64,000 nt of DNA from Acidobacteriota bacterium (lineage in GTDB: Bacteria > Acidobacteriota > UBA6911). The first letter of the stretch is position 1, and every line of letters begins with the position of its first letter. Below, in pieces: positions 1-10,554 of the stretch. The notes under the pieces were generated by a model that made no database searches, was not told the DNA's origin, and saw only the letters and a program-made list of their open reading frames with translations. The position numbers were made by a program, and so were the translations under genes. Location of the stretch: the NCBI GenBank assembly GCA_963664705.1, contig OY761556.1:4896001-4960000 (forward strand), in the 5' to 3' direction.

Positions 1-3000
1 AAGAAGCGATCGGGTTGTAGTTCCCGATCGCAAGGTTCCTTGAAGTGGAGCCGGAACGACGCACCTGATCGGCACCGGAGGTCACGCCTTTGACAAGCGT
101 GCCGGACGGGATCATCTGGTTCAACAAAGTAGATTCCCCGCCTGCTCGCGCAAGATCCAGAGCATCCCTCAGGCCATTGTTGATCCAGTTGGGTGTGTTG
201 ATGTTTACCGTCGCTGCCTGTTTCCGGCTGAGTGTTCCGATATAGCGGACATCGACCGTCAGGCTGGATCCGACCTGGCGTGTTACGGCCATCGTCAAGC
301 TCTGAACATACGGAGTTCTTATGTTCGGATCAAATACCGCCACGCTCTGCTGGCGGTCTGTGACGGGCCTAACTTGCAGAGGTTGAACCGCGGGATCGAA
401 GAATCTGGAAGTCGGGACGAGATCTTTCAGCATGCTGATATCCAGATACTTCAAGCTGCCGGTGTCGCCGCTGAAGGTGTGGGTATACAAGAGCCCGGGC
501 TGGCTGCCCGCAACGTTCATAAATCCTGCGTTGGGGTCCATTCTCGAGATCGTGGTGTAGCTTAACTGATATCCGCCACGCAGCGTGGTCTTGCCCTTCC
601 CAAACCAGGGAAGCTGCCAGGAGAAGCCGACCGCGGGACCAAAATTGTTCAGATCTTTGTTGAACAGGCTCTGGTCGGGATGCGACGAATCGGGTCCAAT
701 AAAGATCTGCTTGGTGAGGTTGCTGGCATTGAAGGCGGGGACTCCGCGGAGCCAACTGTCAAAGCCTCCGGCAGATCCTCCAAAAATGCTATTGGCGCCT
801 CCCTCAAGCCCTACCGTCATGCCGCCCAGCATAAAAGGCACGCCATAGTACTCATAGCGAACGCCAAGGTTGAGTGTCAGGTTGGAGTTCACCTTCCAGT
901 CATCTTTGAAGAAGGCGCTGACCTCGCGCTGGTTCATCCTGAGGTAACGCACTTGCCCTTCCGGTTTCGATGGATCGCTCCAGGTACCGGAGGTAGCGCT
1001 ATTGACGAAGTAGAACTGCCGGATCGCTGCAAGCGAACCCGTCATATAGTTCATCAGATCGTAGATCTGCGAGTAGTTGCCGGTGGCTCCGTTGCCGAGA
1101 TCCTGCCCTACGAGTCCAGGGAAAAAGGCACTGCCGGCAGTCAGACCTTGGGGCTGAGAATACTCGGTGTTTCCCCCAAAGACCGTTGGATGCCAGTTCA
1201 TGGAAATATCACCGAATTGCGCCCATCCATTCATGTCGGAATTCGCCTTCGTCAAGCGCAGGTCGCCTCCGACTTTGAAGGAATGAGAGCCTTTCGTCCA
1301 GGTCAGCGTATCCGAGAAGGTCCAGCGATAATCCTGGCTTCCCCATGTGGCTTCAACCGGATTTCGGCCGCCAATCGGATGGCTTCCATTGTTGGCGGAT
1401 TCGGGCTGGAATCTGAAGAGCGAGGTACCTCCAGCGGGTGGGTAGCCGCCACCGGGTGCTATAAACAAAGGTAGTCCCGACCAGGTAGGGAAATCTTTTG
1501 TGGGCAGGAGCTTCTGGAGAACGTCTGAGAGTTGCTTACCCGTCGCCGGATTGTCGAGAGGAGATCCGTTGTGGCTGGTATTATACGCCAACCCGAAACG
1601 AACCTCGTTCAGGAGCGTCGGTCGCAAAGAGGACGTGAGCGAGCTCGTGAAGGTCTGCGGCTTTCTTGAAATGAAGCCACCGTAGCTGTTCTGAGGCCAC
1701 AAAGCCTCTCCGGCATCGTTAAAGGCGCTCTCATAGGAATACGTTCCGCTGAGCCTGTGCGTCTGGCTGAAGTTGTGATCGATTCTGACCGTAATCGACT
1801 TTCTGTGGCTATCCTGGCCCGATCCGTAAACCGTGTCCGCGCCTTTTGTCGTTCGCGTCCATCGCAGCGCCGCAACATTCAAGCCATCGCCGACGAAGTA
1901 ATAGTTGGGCAACGGCATGAGGGCTGAGAACCGGTCCACATACCCGGATGTATCGTATGCTTTCCGATTGGGATCCCAGTTTGTGCCGGCAGTGATTCCG
2001 GTACTGGTCGGACTGAACTGATACTCCGAACAGTTGACCGGGTCCCTGGCAATCTGGGCTTGGGCCGCGGGCGTAAGCTGACCAAGCACGCTCGCCCACT
2101 GAAGCGTTCCCGTGTACGCGGATCCATCCCGATTGTCAGTCGGGATGAGCGGAGTACCATCCGCATTGACGACGGACCGCGTCTGCGCCCCGGCATTGCG
2201 GCTTATGGTTGCATTGGCATTGCCGTTAATCCATCCGGGGAACCAGCGGTAAATGCCCTTCCTCGCGCAAGGCGTTAGGGCTTTCGGCATTACCACTTTT
2301 CTTTCTCTGACGATGTTGTGGTCCCATGACCCGAAAAAGAACGTCTTGTTCTTGATGATCGGGCCGCCACCACTGATCGTGTAGTTGTTTACATTCTTCC
2401 AGTCCTGATTCACGCCGGTGCGGTTATTATTCCACTCGTTCGCATCCAGAGCCGTATTCAAGATGCTCCAGACACCGGAACCGTGGTATTCGTTCCCACC
2501 CGACCGTGTCAACACTTGAACCTGTCCCGCACCGCGCCCCATTTCGGCATCGACCGGGGTCAGTACCATTTTAAATTCAGCAACCATTTCCGGATTGAGG
2601 CGGCCCGGGGAAACAATCCCGGAACCGAAACGCGCATCATTCACGGAAATGCCATCACGCGTGATGTTGATGTCGTTCCCCAGAACTCCAGCAAAAGTCT
2701 GGTTGGAATTGCCGAATATTGTATTCTCCGGCTTTACGACGCCGCCCATGACGTTAACAAGCTGCATCATGTCGTTGCCCAGAAGCGGCAGCTCTTTGGC
2801 GACTTTTTCGCTCATTACCGTGCCGGTACTGGAGCTCGATTCGAGCAACAGATCCTGGGCACTGGTGGAAATCTCAATCTGTGTGGATGTCCCTGCTATA
2901 GCCAGCTCGAAGTTCAATCGAACCTGAGCCCGCGTTGCCATCTGGACGTCCGTCTTGGTATTGGTTTGAAACCCGCGCATTTCCACGCTGACCGTGTAAG

Positions 3001-3241
3001 TGCCGGGAGGTAAAGAGGCAAAATTGTAGACGCCTGCGCTATTTGACAGTACCGTTACTTTAACGCCAGTTTCCTTATTTGTCGCAATAACGTTAGCACC
3101 CGGCAATACCGCCTGGGATGCATCCGTTACCGTTCCGCTCAAGCTAGCCGATTGGCCGAAGACCTGGGCAGAGAGCATAAGAAGCGGTACCATCGCGACT
3201 GCGAAAACGAGTACTTTTCGGATAAGATCCATTCTGGTCAT
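1..3241 (-). CDS. TonB-dependent receptor-like outer-membrane protein with N-terminal carboxypeptidase regulatory-like domain (3' end runs off the window)
   Basis: Hand translation from ATG 3241: MTRMDLIRKVLVFAVAMVPLLMLSAQVFGQSASLSGTVTDASQAVLPGANV...GVYNFASLPPGTYTVSVEMRGF (signal peptide + CarboxypepD_reg pattern); GAGG upstream; the same frame is open at the window start. Missing from the ORF track, presumably because there is no stop inside the window. Confidence 0.85.
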   Translation of the reverse strand, partial: MTRMDLIRKVLVFAVAMVPLLMLSAQVFGQSASLSGTVTDASQAVLPGANVIATNKETGVKVTVLSNSAGVYNFASLPPGTYTVSVEMRGFQTNTKTDVQMATRAQVRLNFELAIAGTSTQIEISTSAQDLLLESSSSTGTVMSEKVAKELPLLGNDMMQLVNVMGGVVKPENTIFGNSNQTFAGVLGNDINITRDGISVNDARFGSGIVSPGRLNPEMVAEFKMVLTPVDAEMGRGAGQVQVLTRSGGNEYHGSGVWSILNTALDANEWNNNRTGVNQDWKNVNNYTISGGGPIIKNKTFFFGSWDHNIVRERKVVMPKALTPCARKGIYRWFPGWINGNANATISRNAGAQTRSVVNADGTPLIPTDNRDGSAYTGTLQWASVLGQLTPAAQAQIARDPVNCSEYQFSPTSTGITAGTNWDPNRKAYDTSGYVDRFSALMPLPNYYFVGDGLNVAALRWTRTTKGADTVYGSGQDSHRKSITVRIDHNFSQTHRLSGTYSYESAFNDAGEALWPQNSYGGFISRKPQTFTSSLTSSLRPTLLNEVRFGLAYNTSHNGSPLDNPATGKQLSDVLQKLLPTKDFPTWSGLPLFIAPGGGYPPAGGTSLFRFQPESANNGSHPIGGRNPVEATWGSQDYRWTFSDTLTWTKGSHSFKVGGDLRLTKANSDMNGWAQFGDISMNWHPTVFGGNTEYSQPQGLTAGSAFFPGLVGQDLGNGATGNYSQIYDLMNYMTGSLAAIRQFYFVNSATSGTWSDPSKPEGQVRYLRMNQREVSAFFKDDWKVNSNLTLNLGVRYEYYGVPFMLGGMTVGLEGGANSIFGGSAGGFDSWLRGVPAFNASNLTKQIFIGPDSSHPDQSLFNKDLNNFGPAVGFSWQLPWFGKGKTTLRGGYQLSYTTISRMDPNAGFMNVAGSQPGLLYTHTFSGDTGSLKYLDISMLKDLVPTSRFFDPAVQPLQVRPVTDRQQSVAVFDPNIRTPYVQSLTMAVTRQVGSSLTVDVRYIGTLSRKQAATVNINTPNWINNGLRDALDLARAGGESTLLNQMIPSGTLVKGVTSGADQVRRSGSTSRNLAIGNYNPIAS

Positions 3242-3552
3242 AGAGTCGTTTTCCTCGATGTGTAGTTCTGGACAAACTCCACCCCAGGGAAGGTGAAGCT
3301 TGTTCTACATCCATTCCTGTGGCGGCCTTTCGACCACCCAAAAAAACGCCTTCTCGGTAGTTCTCTGTAAAGCTGATTCTTAAGACAATCTTAGATGTTG
3401 GTCCTATCCTAATCGGAGTGTGCAAATTGTCAATAACAATTATCATAATGGCGAAAAATGTATCTTCTTAATGCCATTTGTTTTTCAGGTTACCAGTGCT
3501 ATAAGAGGGGCAAGCATTTCGAAAATCAGCCAAAGAGCCGGTGGAGAAACCT

Positions 3553-4428
3553 ATGTCCAAGATGCACTATGTTGTCTCGTCAGGAATTCTCGTTCTATGC
3601 CTGAGCATTTTCCGGGTCGGTGATGGATGGCCCAAAGATCAGGTCACGGCGGAACAGGTCATAAGCGCCCACTTAAGGTCTCTGGGCAGTCCGGAAGCAC
3701 TGGCTGCTTCGAAAGCGCTGGCCTTTGTCGGGACAACGTCCGTGGAGTTTATCCAGGGGATGCATGGAAACATGAGCGGCAAGTCCATGTGCGTGGCGGA
3801 CGGGAAAAAAATGGCAATCGTTATGAAATATGGCGATCTGACCTATCCGGGAGAGTACTTTGCTTACGATGAAAAAGAGGTTTCGGTGGGGCACATCAGT
3901 CCCGGGCAGAGGTCGCCATTAGCCGATTTCCTCTTTCGCTATAAAGACATTATGAAAGAGGGGCTCCTGGGTGGCGTTTTTTCCGGAGGTTGGCCGCTCC
4001 GGAACCTGAAGGAAAGGAATGCGGATCTGGCATCCCGCGAATCCACCATTGACGGTCGCCAGCTGTACGAAATTGAATACCGCCCGAAGAAAACTCTGCG
4101 GGAAATGAAAATCAAACTGTATTTCGATGCGGAAAGCAACCGTCACATCCGGACGGAATATCGGGTTCGAGTGCGCGATGATATGTCCGTGGTACAGGGA
4201 GCAACCTTCAACACACTCAAGGATGGTCTGCCGGATTCGATTTACGTATTGACCGAGAGATTCGACGACTTCAGAGTAGAGGGCGCCCTGACACTTCCGC
4301 ACAAATACACCATCGACTATTCGGTAGAGGGGCAAGGCCGCACGTTCATCGCAAAATGGACCCTGGATGCGGTTCAATGGGCCTTCAACCAGGCCTATGA
4401 CGAACGGATTTTCGTCGCACAGAAATAG
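3553..4428 (+). CDS. Exported hypothetical protein (possibly LolA-like/outer-membrane sorting fold)
   Basis: ORF 3541..4428; GGAG RBS before ATG 3553; hydrophobic N-terminus; beta-rich body with 'LYFDAESNRHIRTEY' and 'FDDFRVEGALTLPH'. Function inferred only. Confidence 0.55.
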   Translation: MSKMHYVVSSGILVLCLSIFRVGDGWPKDQVTAEQVISAHLRSLGSPEALAASKALAFVGTTSVEFIQGMHGNMSGKSMCVADGKKMAIVMKYGDLTYPGEYFAYDEKEVSVGHISPGQRSPLADFLFRYKDIMKEGLLGGVFSGGWPLRNLKERNADLASRESTIDGRQLYEIEYRPKKTLREMKIKLYFDAESNRHIRTEYRVRVRDDMSVVQGATFNTLKDGLPDSIYVLTERFDDFRVEGALTLPHKYTIDYSVEGQGRTFIAKWTLDAVQWAFNQAYDERIFVAQK

Positions 4429-4600
4429 GTTTGCTCCCGGCAAAATGGACCCGCTGGCAGCGCCGTCGTTCCGCCTAATGCGTCATACTTCTTTGCAAAG
4501 AGGCGCGCTCGAATGGGAACGGTGAAGTGCTGCATCAAGCTGCAGCCTTTGCAAACCATAAAAGCCGAAGGCGGTGGCAAGCCATCTCCGAAGAGCACGG

Positions 4601-6661
4601 CTACTTTTTGGTCGAGCGGCGTAGAACTGCAAGCCTCTGCTTCACTTCTTCAAGATCGGGCCGGAGCAGCAAGGCCTGCTCATAATGCTCGATGGCATCT
4701 TGGAGCCGGCCCACACGCTCCAACGCAATGGCGACATTGCAATGAGCTTCCGCATACTCAGGCTTGATCCGGAGCGCTTCATCATAGTGCGTGATCGCCT
4801 CGTTGAACCGGCCTTCCCGCAGAAAGGCATTGGCCATATTGTAGTGCGCCTCGGCAAAAGCGGGCTTAACCTGAAGCGCCTGCTCCCACTGCCGCATTGC
4901 TTCCTGCCCTTTGCCCTGGTCGTACAGCACGCTTCCAAGTAGAACGCGCGCATCCGCATCAGTGGGATCGATCTGAACTACCTGCTCAAAATGCTCAATA
5001 GCATTGCCTGGCTGCCCGGTTTTAAGAAGAGCGATCCCCAACTTGTAATGCGCACGCGTATCCTTCGGATCGATGCGAAGGGCCTGGTTGAAATATCCGA
5101 TGGACTCCTCCGGCCGATCGGCTTCCAGCAAAGCGGCCGCAAGATTGAAAGGCACATAGGGATCTCCGGGATTAAGAGCCAGGGCCTGTTCATACTGATC
5201 GATTGCATCCCGAATCTGCCCTTTCAGGACAAATGCATTCCCGAAATTATTATGCGAATCCGCTCGAACAAGAGCTTCGGATATCATGGCATGATTACAA
5301 ATGGCCGCGACCACCACCGCGCCTGCCGCGCCGGACCATAGCGGCCGCCAGCGTGCCTCGCGAAACGCACCGCGAAGGGATGTCAATCCCGCGGCTGCAA
5401 ACAGGATCAGCATCGGTACAAGCGGAAACCTGTATCGCGCGAACACATAAAACAACACCACGCTTCCTGCGTAGACAAGGATCATGGCATAGAGGATCCA
5501 TAATTGTCGGCGGCGGTTCCAGGTCAGACAAATCCCCAGCGCCGCCAGCGGACAGAGCGTTCCAAAATGAAGCAAAGAGTTCAGCGCTTGCAGCAACGGC
5601 GACCAGTCCCCATAGGTGTATTGATCGTCGCTGTCACCCATTTCGGTGGCATTCCAGACAAGCAGCCATTTTCTGAACAACAGGCGCGCCCAGCGAAAAA
5701 TGTCCGCGCGAATGTCGTCGAACGCCCTGGCTGTCCAATAATTCGATACTTCCGATGGCGTAAGAGTTCGGCCTCTCGCCGCTTCCGCCAGTTTGGTAGC
5801 ATCCTCTCGTTCGAACAAGGCGCTGCCGCGCCCCTCCTGGAGAGGCTCATAAGTCCCGGTCGCACCGCTTCTGTTTCCGATATAAAAGTTCGGACCCAGC
5901 TGTGAAGTCGTTAAGTGAAATTCCCCACCGGCCAGCAGATTTCGAAACCCTATGGGCAACAATACCGCCGCCAGTCCCACCAGAACCAATCCGGCCCAGT
6001 ACAGACGGGTTTGCCACAGCTCGTCGCGCCAGGAGATGAAGAGCCAGGCCAGAAGAATCGGCAGGAAAATGAGCGCGTTTTCGCGGGTCAGCGCCAGCAA
6101 TCCCAAAACAAGCCCGGTCGCCACCCACCATCGACGCTGGGAGCGCTCCGCCAGTCTCCCCAGCACCGCCAGCAGTGCGCAGATAAAGAATAAATCCAGG
6201 ACCGATTTCTGAATGGAACAGTCAAAGGAAATCGCGGTCGGATGCAGTGCAAGAAGAACGCCCGATAGGATCCCCGCGCCGGATTTGAAAAAGCTGCGGC
6301 CGGCACGCGACAAAAGCACGCACGAACCGGATCCAAGGACAATTTGAACCAAGCGAACGGCAAAGAGGGCCTTGCCTCCAAGCAGGAAATAGAGCACGCC
6401 AAGGAAATACGGATATAGCGGCGCTTGGTAAAACACGCCCTTGCCAATCCATTCGCCGCCCGCAATGCGGCCGGCCCAGGCGTCGTAGGTTACCGCATCC
6501 CCAACGAGGAGTTGAGCTGCCGGCACATTGTTGATCTGCAGCAGGTAAATCAACCGCAGGATAAACGCAAACACAAAGACTAAAATGTAGGCGTAAGTCT
6601 CCCACTTAAACCCTGTAGACTTCTGCGGACTTAACTTTTTGACCATGTGACTGGGTGACAA
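4601..6661 (-). CDS. Polytopic GT-C (PMT_2/GT39-like) glycosyltransferase with C-terminal TPR repeats
   Basis: 686 aa; many TM segments, 'GDAVTYDAWA...FYQAPLYPYFL', 'ARYRFP'; C-terminal TPRs (AEAHYNMANAFLREGRFNEAITHYDEALRIKP). Confidence 0.8.
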   Translation of the reverse strand: MSPSHMVKKLSPQKSTGFKWETYAYILVFVFAFILRLIYLLQINNVPAAQLLVGDAVTYDAWAGRIAGGEWIGKGVFYQAPLYPYFLGVLYFLLGGKALFAVRLVQIVLGSGSCVLLSRAGRSFFKSGAGILSGVLLALHPTAISFDCSIQKSVLDLFFICALLAVLGRLAERSQRRWWVATGLVLGLLALTRENALIFLPILLAWLFISWRDELWQTRLYWAGLVLVGLAAVLLPIGFRNLLAGGEFHLTTSQLGPNFYIGNRSGATGTYEPLQEGRGSALFEREDATKLAEAARGRTLTPSEVSNYWTARAFDDIRADIFRWARLLFRKWLLVWNATEMGDSDDQYTYGDWSPLLQALNSLLHFGTLCPLAALGICLTWNRRRQLWILYAMILVYAGSVVLFYVFARYRFPLVPMLILFAAAGLTSLRGAFREARWRPLWSGAAGAVVVAAICNHAMISEALVRADSHNNFGNAFVLKGQIRDAIDQYEQALALNPGDPYVPFNLAAALLEADRPEESIGYFNQALRIDPKDTRAHYKLGIALLKTGQPGNAIEHFEQVVQIDPTDADARVLLGSVLYDQGKGQEAMRQWEQALQVKPAFAEAHYNMANAFLREGRFNEAITHYDEALRIKPEYAEAHCNVAIALERVGRLQDAIEHYEQALLLRPDLEEVKQRLAVLRRSTKK

Positions 6662-6745
6662 TCCTAATCACTCACCGAAAAACGCGCAAGTGATTTGATG
6701 GAGCACTCAGGCGAAACCGAGTTCTTGCGAGTTTGGCAACGAAGC

Positions 6746-6772
6746 CCTTTGCCGGCGAGACGCCGGCAAAGG
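6746..6772. repeat. 12-bp GC-rich hairpin (REP-like palindrome or terminator)
   Basis: CCTTTGCCGGCG-AGA-CGCCGGCAAAGG, intergenic. Confidence 0.5.
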
Positions 6773-6850
6773 ACGTAGCTGCTTGCATGTCGCTGATGTC
6801 GCCCGGACGGCGGCGCTCCCAGTCAGCGGAATTAGCACCCTGGTATCTTG

Positions 6851-8038
6851 CTATCGCGAATGCTCGCGTATGTGCTGAAGCACAGCGTCCGCAACCAGGC
6901 GGTTTCCGGCCTCATTCCAATGAATGTCTCCTGGAATGAAGTACTTTCCGTACACTGCTTCCGGTGGTTCGTCTGCAATGAACGCGGGAAAGAGGTTCAA
7001 AAAACGGATCCCGCGCATCTCCGCAAATTTGCTCCAGTAGGTAACCGGAATGCCGGACAAATTGCTGCGGGTAAGCTGATACGGCGATGGGTAAATCACC
7101 AGGCTCAGCCGGATGCCGTGCTGATCACAGAGCTTCTGAATTTCCTGTATGTACCGGCTGCAAAGGGTCAGGCCCTCACGGCCCCACTCCTCAAAAGCCG
7201 CCGGCTTGTTGGGCCAAAGAAATCGGTCTTTTTCAGGTTCCGCACGCCGCACGTATTCCTGCAGGTCCTGTACCCAGAATTGCGCATCGGCCGACCCCTC
7301 GGCAGGAAAAGCGTTGCTGACTGCCTTCTGGCGGTTCAGGCGCCTTTTTGCTGCCACATAGCTGTAGAGGAAAAAATGCTTCTGCAGGAAATTGTCCAAG
7401 GCATTCAGTCCGGAAGCGAAGGCGCCAGAGGCCGGCGGATCCCAATACTTATAGATGATTTCATCGTGGGGATCGGAGATATCGAGAAACAGATAGAGAT
7501 CGGTAAATACGAGATGCTTCTGCTCGAGTAAATACCGGAGCTTGAGGTAGTGCAGCTTGGGGCTATAGCTAACCGCAGCGGCGTTCAGCACCTCGGCCTT
7601 TTCCGGATTCAGTGCATTGCCTAGGATGCCTGCCACACTCTGCTCAAAGGAGACGCCCATACCTTCGATGAACGAATCTCCCATAAGAAGGATTCTCTCC
7701 CGACTCGTGGCGAGCGGGACTTCCCGAACCATCCCGTCCCTGAACCCAAGGGAGTTTGTAAACATACGGTATTTCCGGTTTCCCCAGGCTGTCACAGTGT
7801 CCTGGTTGGGCAGGAAATCGTGATGATAGTAGGGACTGGAGCAGCGGAAAGAATTGCCCGTCGGATTAAAAACAACACGGGCCAGTACATCTGCGACAAG
7901 GATGAAGAACACAGCGGTAATGATCAGCGTCTTCCGCGGGTTTCGTTCAAACAGGTTTTGTCTCTGCCCAGCCGTCCCGTCGCTATCCCGGTTCATCGGT
8001 TCGGCCTTGATGGTTCTCCCGCGCGTGTGTCGCCCCAC
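6851..8038 (-). CDS. Membrane-anchored SGNH/GDSL hydrolase-family protein
   Basis: N-terminal TM; 'NSLGFRD', block I 'LLMGDSF', C-terminal 'GDIHWNEAGNRLVA'. Confidence 0.8.
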   Translation of the reverse strand: MGRHTRGRTIKAEPMNRDSDGTAGQRQNLFERNPRKTLIITAVFFILVADVLARVVFNPTGNSFRCSSPYYHHDFLPNQDTVTAWGNRKYRMFTNSLGFRDGMVREVPLATSRERILLMGDSFIEGMGVSFEQSVAGILGNALNPEKAEVLNAAAVSYSPKLHYLKLRYLLEQKHLVFTDLYLFLDISDPHDEIIYKYWDPPASGAFASGLNALDNFLQKHFFLYSYVAAKRRLNRQKAVSNAFPAEGSADAQFWVQDLQEYVRRAEPEKDRFLWPNKPAAFEEWGREGLTLCSRYIQEIQKLCDQHGIRLSLVIYPSPYQLTRSNLSGIPVTYWSKFAEMRGIRFLNLFPAFIADEPPEAVYGKYFIPGDIHWNEAGNRLVADAVLQHIREHSR

Positions 8039-8053
8039 CGGTTTCAGTCCTGA

Positions 8054-8251
8054 TCAGAAAAGCGTGTAAATAAAAGCTCCCGCCGTGGTCCCGCCAAGCA
8101 TAACGAGCACGCCGATCAGAAGCAAGACAGCGATGATCGGAACCAGCCAGTATTTCTTGGTACGCGAGAGGAATCGCAAATATTCAACGAGGAGCCCTTC
8201 CTCTTTCTTCGTTGCCGCGCTCTCAAAGCGCATTTTCCCGTTGCCGTTCAT
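8054..8251 (-). CDS. DUF5989 / SxtK-like small membrane protein
   Basis: 65 aa 'FLSRTKKYWLVPII...AFIYTLF'; usual partner of NodU-type carbamoyltransferase + SxtJ. Confidence 0.8.
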   Translation of the reverse strand: MNGNGKMRFESAATKKEEGLLVEYLRFLSRTKKYWLVPIIAVLLLIGVLVMLGGTTAGAFIYTLF

Positions 8252-8260
8252 ATCCTGATC

Positions 8261-8701
8261 TCAGAATTGCCTGTAATAATCGCGGACATCGTCGGATGTC
8301 TCAACGTCCACCCAATAGCTTTGGATTTTTTTGTTGAAGGTTTTGCACACCACCCGTCGCCCGAATGCCCGCATGGCAACTCCGACAGGGGTTATAATCA
8401 ACAGGTAGAACCCTGCCAGTAACGTGTTCCCGACAATCATGCCGATGCAGCACGCCAGGAAGTACCACACAATATAGAAGGGTTTTGCCAGGAAAGGAAT
8501 CGCAACAAACAACACACCCGCAGCCAAACCAACTCCGGCAAGCCACAGGGAGGGCTCTACGCTCCAGGTTCCACGCCAGAAACGGTTGGATACCAGAAGC
8601 ATAATTCCCAGGAATGGGAACCCGAGAATCAGGCTCCGGCCAAACGCTCGTATTTCAGTTATGCCGGGGCGCCAGTTGACTCCGCTGAAAGGGTTGAACA
8701 T
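8261..8701 (-). CDS. SxtJ family membrane protein
   Basis: 'IRAFG', 'FYLLIITPVGVAMRAFG', C-terminal 'SYW...YYRQF'. Confidence 0.8.
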   Translation of the reverse strand: MFNPFSGVNWRPGITEIRAFGRSLILGFPFLGIMLLVSNRFWRGTWSVEPSLWLAGVGLAAGVLFVAIPFLAKPFYIVWYFLACCIGMIVGNTLLAGFYLLIITPVGVAMRAFGRRVVCKTFNKKIQSYWVDVETSDDVRDYYRQF

Positions 8702-8709
8702 GAGATCCG

Positions 8710-10554
8710 CTAATCCGGTATAAAATTATCGATATATTGCCGCGCAGCCCCGTCCTCGGATTTCGGCTGCTCGCTCTTAAGCAAAAGACAATTCTCAATC
8801 ACCAGTACATCCATTTCGGTCGCGATAAAGCAGCGATATGCATCCGCCGGGCTGCATACGATCGGCTCACCACGAACATTAAAGCTGGTGTTGATCAGGA
8901 CGCTGCAACCTGTTCGCCTTTTAAATTCGATCATAAGCCGCCAAAACCTGCCATGCCGCCGTTCATCCACCGTCTGCACGCGGGCGGACATATCCACGTG
9001 AGTGACGGCCGGAATGTCGGACCGCCTGATATTCAGTCGCGATTGCAGATCAGGCTCGCCGCGGCAAACATTCTGATTGTCTACTGCCGGGCACCGCCGC
9101 TCCTTGCGAACATCTGCCGTCAGCAGCATGTAGGGTGATTCATGGTTTAGTTCGAAATAACTTTCGACATCCTCGATGAGCACGCAGGGAGCAAACGGCC
9201 TGAAGGATTCCCGGTGTTTGATTCTCAGGTTCAGCGTCGACTGCATTGCGTCGTTGCGTGCGTCGGCGATGATGCTGCGTGACCCCAGCGCACGGGGACC
9301 GAATTCCATCCGGTTCTGAAACCAGCCCACGATCCTCTGTCCGGCGATCGCATCAACGGTGGCGCGCAACAAATCCGCTTCCGAATCGAAGGCGCGATAG
9401 GGGATCCTCTGCCCCTCCAGAAAAGTGCGGATCGCATGGTTGTCAAAGCTCGGCCCCAGGAGCGACCCTTTTTGAGAATCCGTATCGCCTGGCTTTCGTT
9501 CATTTTCCAGAAGCTGATGATGAACAAACAGCGCGGCTCCAAGGGCTCCGCCGGCATCGCCGGAGGCAGGCTGGATCCATATATCGTCAAAGAGCCCTGA
9601 TCGCAGCAATTTGCCGTTTGCGACACAGTTCAACGCGACTCCGCCGCCCAGGCACAGCGCGCGGGCGCCGGTCAGATTACGGGCGGTCCTCCCCATGCGA
9701 AGCACGATTTCCTCTGTGACTGCCTGGACAGAAGCAGCCATGTCCATTTCACGCTGCGTCAGGGGTGCTTCGGGATTGCGCGGCGAACCTTCGAAGAGCT
9801 GATCAAAACGACGGTTTGTCATTGTCCAGCCCTGGCAGTAATTGAAGAAGCTCATATCCATCCTGAATGAGCCGTCTTCTTTCAGGTCAATCAGTTTGTC
9901 ATAGATCAGCCCGGTATACTTTGGCTCGCCATACGGTGCCAGCCCCATCAGCTTGTACTCGCCTGAGTTCACTTTGAACCCGCAGAAGTAGGTGAACGCG
10001 CTATAGAGAAGCCCCAGCGAGTGGGGAAACCTCAGCGCTTTGAGCAACTCGATGCGGTTCCCCTGCCCGCGACCGATGGTAGCCGTATGCCACTCTCCCA
10101 CTCCGTCCATGGTGAGGATCGCGGCCTCGTCGTAAGGCGAAGGAAAAAAGGCGCTCGCGGCATGGGCTTCGTGATGGCTGGTGAAAACGATTCTTCTCCG
10201 ATAGCCTCCGCCCAGCGCCTTTCGAATGACTCCAGGCAGGTGAAGCTTGGATTTCAGCCAGAGCGGCATTGCCTGCAGAAACTGGCCCAAACCTGCCGGA
10301 GCATAAGCGAGATATGTTTCCAGGAGGCGGTCGAACTTGACAAGCGGCTTTTCGTAGAATACGACGTAGTCCAAATCTCCGGGTCCGATCCCCGCCTTAT
10401 CGAGACAGAATTGAACTGCGGCAGCGGGAAAACGATCATCATGCTTGCGACGGGAAAATCGCTCTTCCTGTGCCGCGGCAATCATCTCCCCATCAATCAG
10501 CAGCGCAGCCGCGCTGTCATGATAAAAGGCCGATATCCCAAGAATGGCTGTCAT
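8710..10554 (-). CDS. O-carbamoyltransferase, NodU/CmcH/TobZ family
   Basis: 'ILGISAFYHDSAAAL', 'HHEAHAASAF', 'DGVGE', 'GEYKLMGLAPYG', 'EFGPRALG', 'RESFRPFAP', 'NTSFNVRGEPIV'. Confidence 0.95.
   Translation of the reverse strand: MTAILGISAFYHDSAAALLIDGEMIAAAQEERFSRRKHDDRFPAAAVQFCLDKAGIGPGDLDYVVFYEKPLVKFDRLLETYLAYAPAGLGQFLQAMPLWLKSKLHLPGVIRKALGGGYRRRIVFTSHHEAHAASAFFPSPYDEAAILTMDGVGEWHTATIGRGQGNRIELLKALRFPHSLGLLYSAFTYFCGFKVNSGEYKLMGLAPYGEPKYTGLIYDKLIDLKEDGSFRMDMSFFNYCQGWTMTNRRFDQLFEGSPRNPEAPLTQREMDMAASVQAVTEEIVLRMGRTARNLTGARALCLGGGVALNCVANGKLLRSGLFDDIWIQPASGDAGGALGAALFVHHQLLENERKPGDTDSQKGSLLGPSFDNHAIRTFLEGQRIPYRAFDSEADLLRATVDAIAGQRIVGWFQNRMEFGPRALGSRSIIADARNDAMQSTLNLRIKHRESFRPFAPCVLIEDVESYFELNHESPYMLLTADVRKERRCPAVDNQNVCRGEPDLQSRLNIRRSDIPAVTHVDMSARVQTVDERRHGRFWRLMIEFKRRTGCSVLINTSFNVRGEPIVCSPADAYRCFIATEMDVLVIENCLLLKSEQPKSEDGAARQYIDNFIPD

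Noticed and set aside
369-3013. ORF-track ORFs such as 680..1474(+) and 2483..3013(+)
   Set aside because: Shadow frames of the minus-strand TonB receptor gene.
8054-10554. Saxitoxin biosynthesis (sxtI/J/K homologues)
   Set aside because: No sxtA, sxtG or other pathway genes; the trio is common in non-toxic bacteria.
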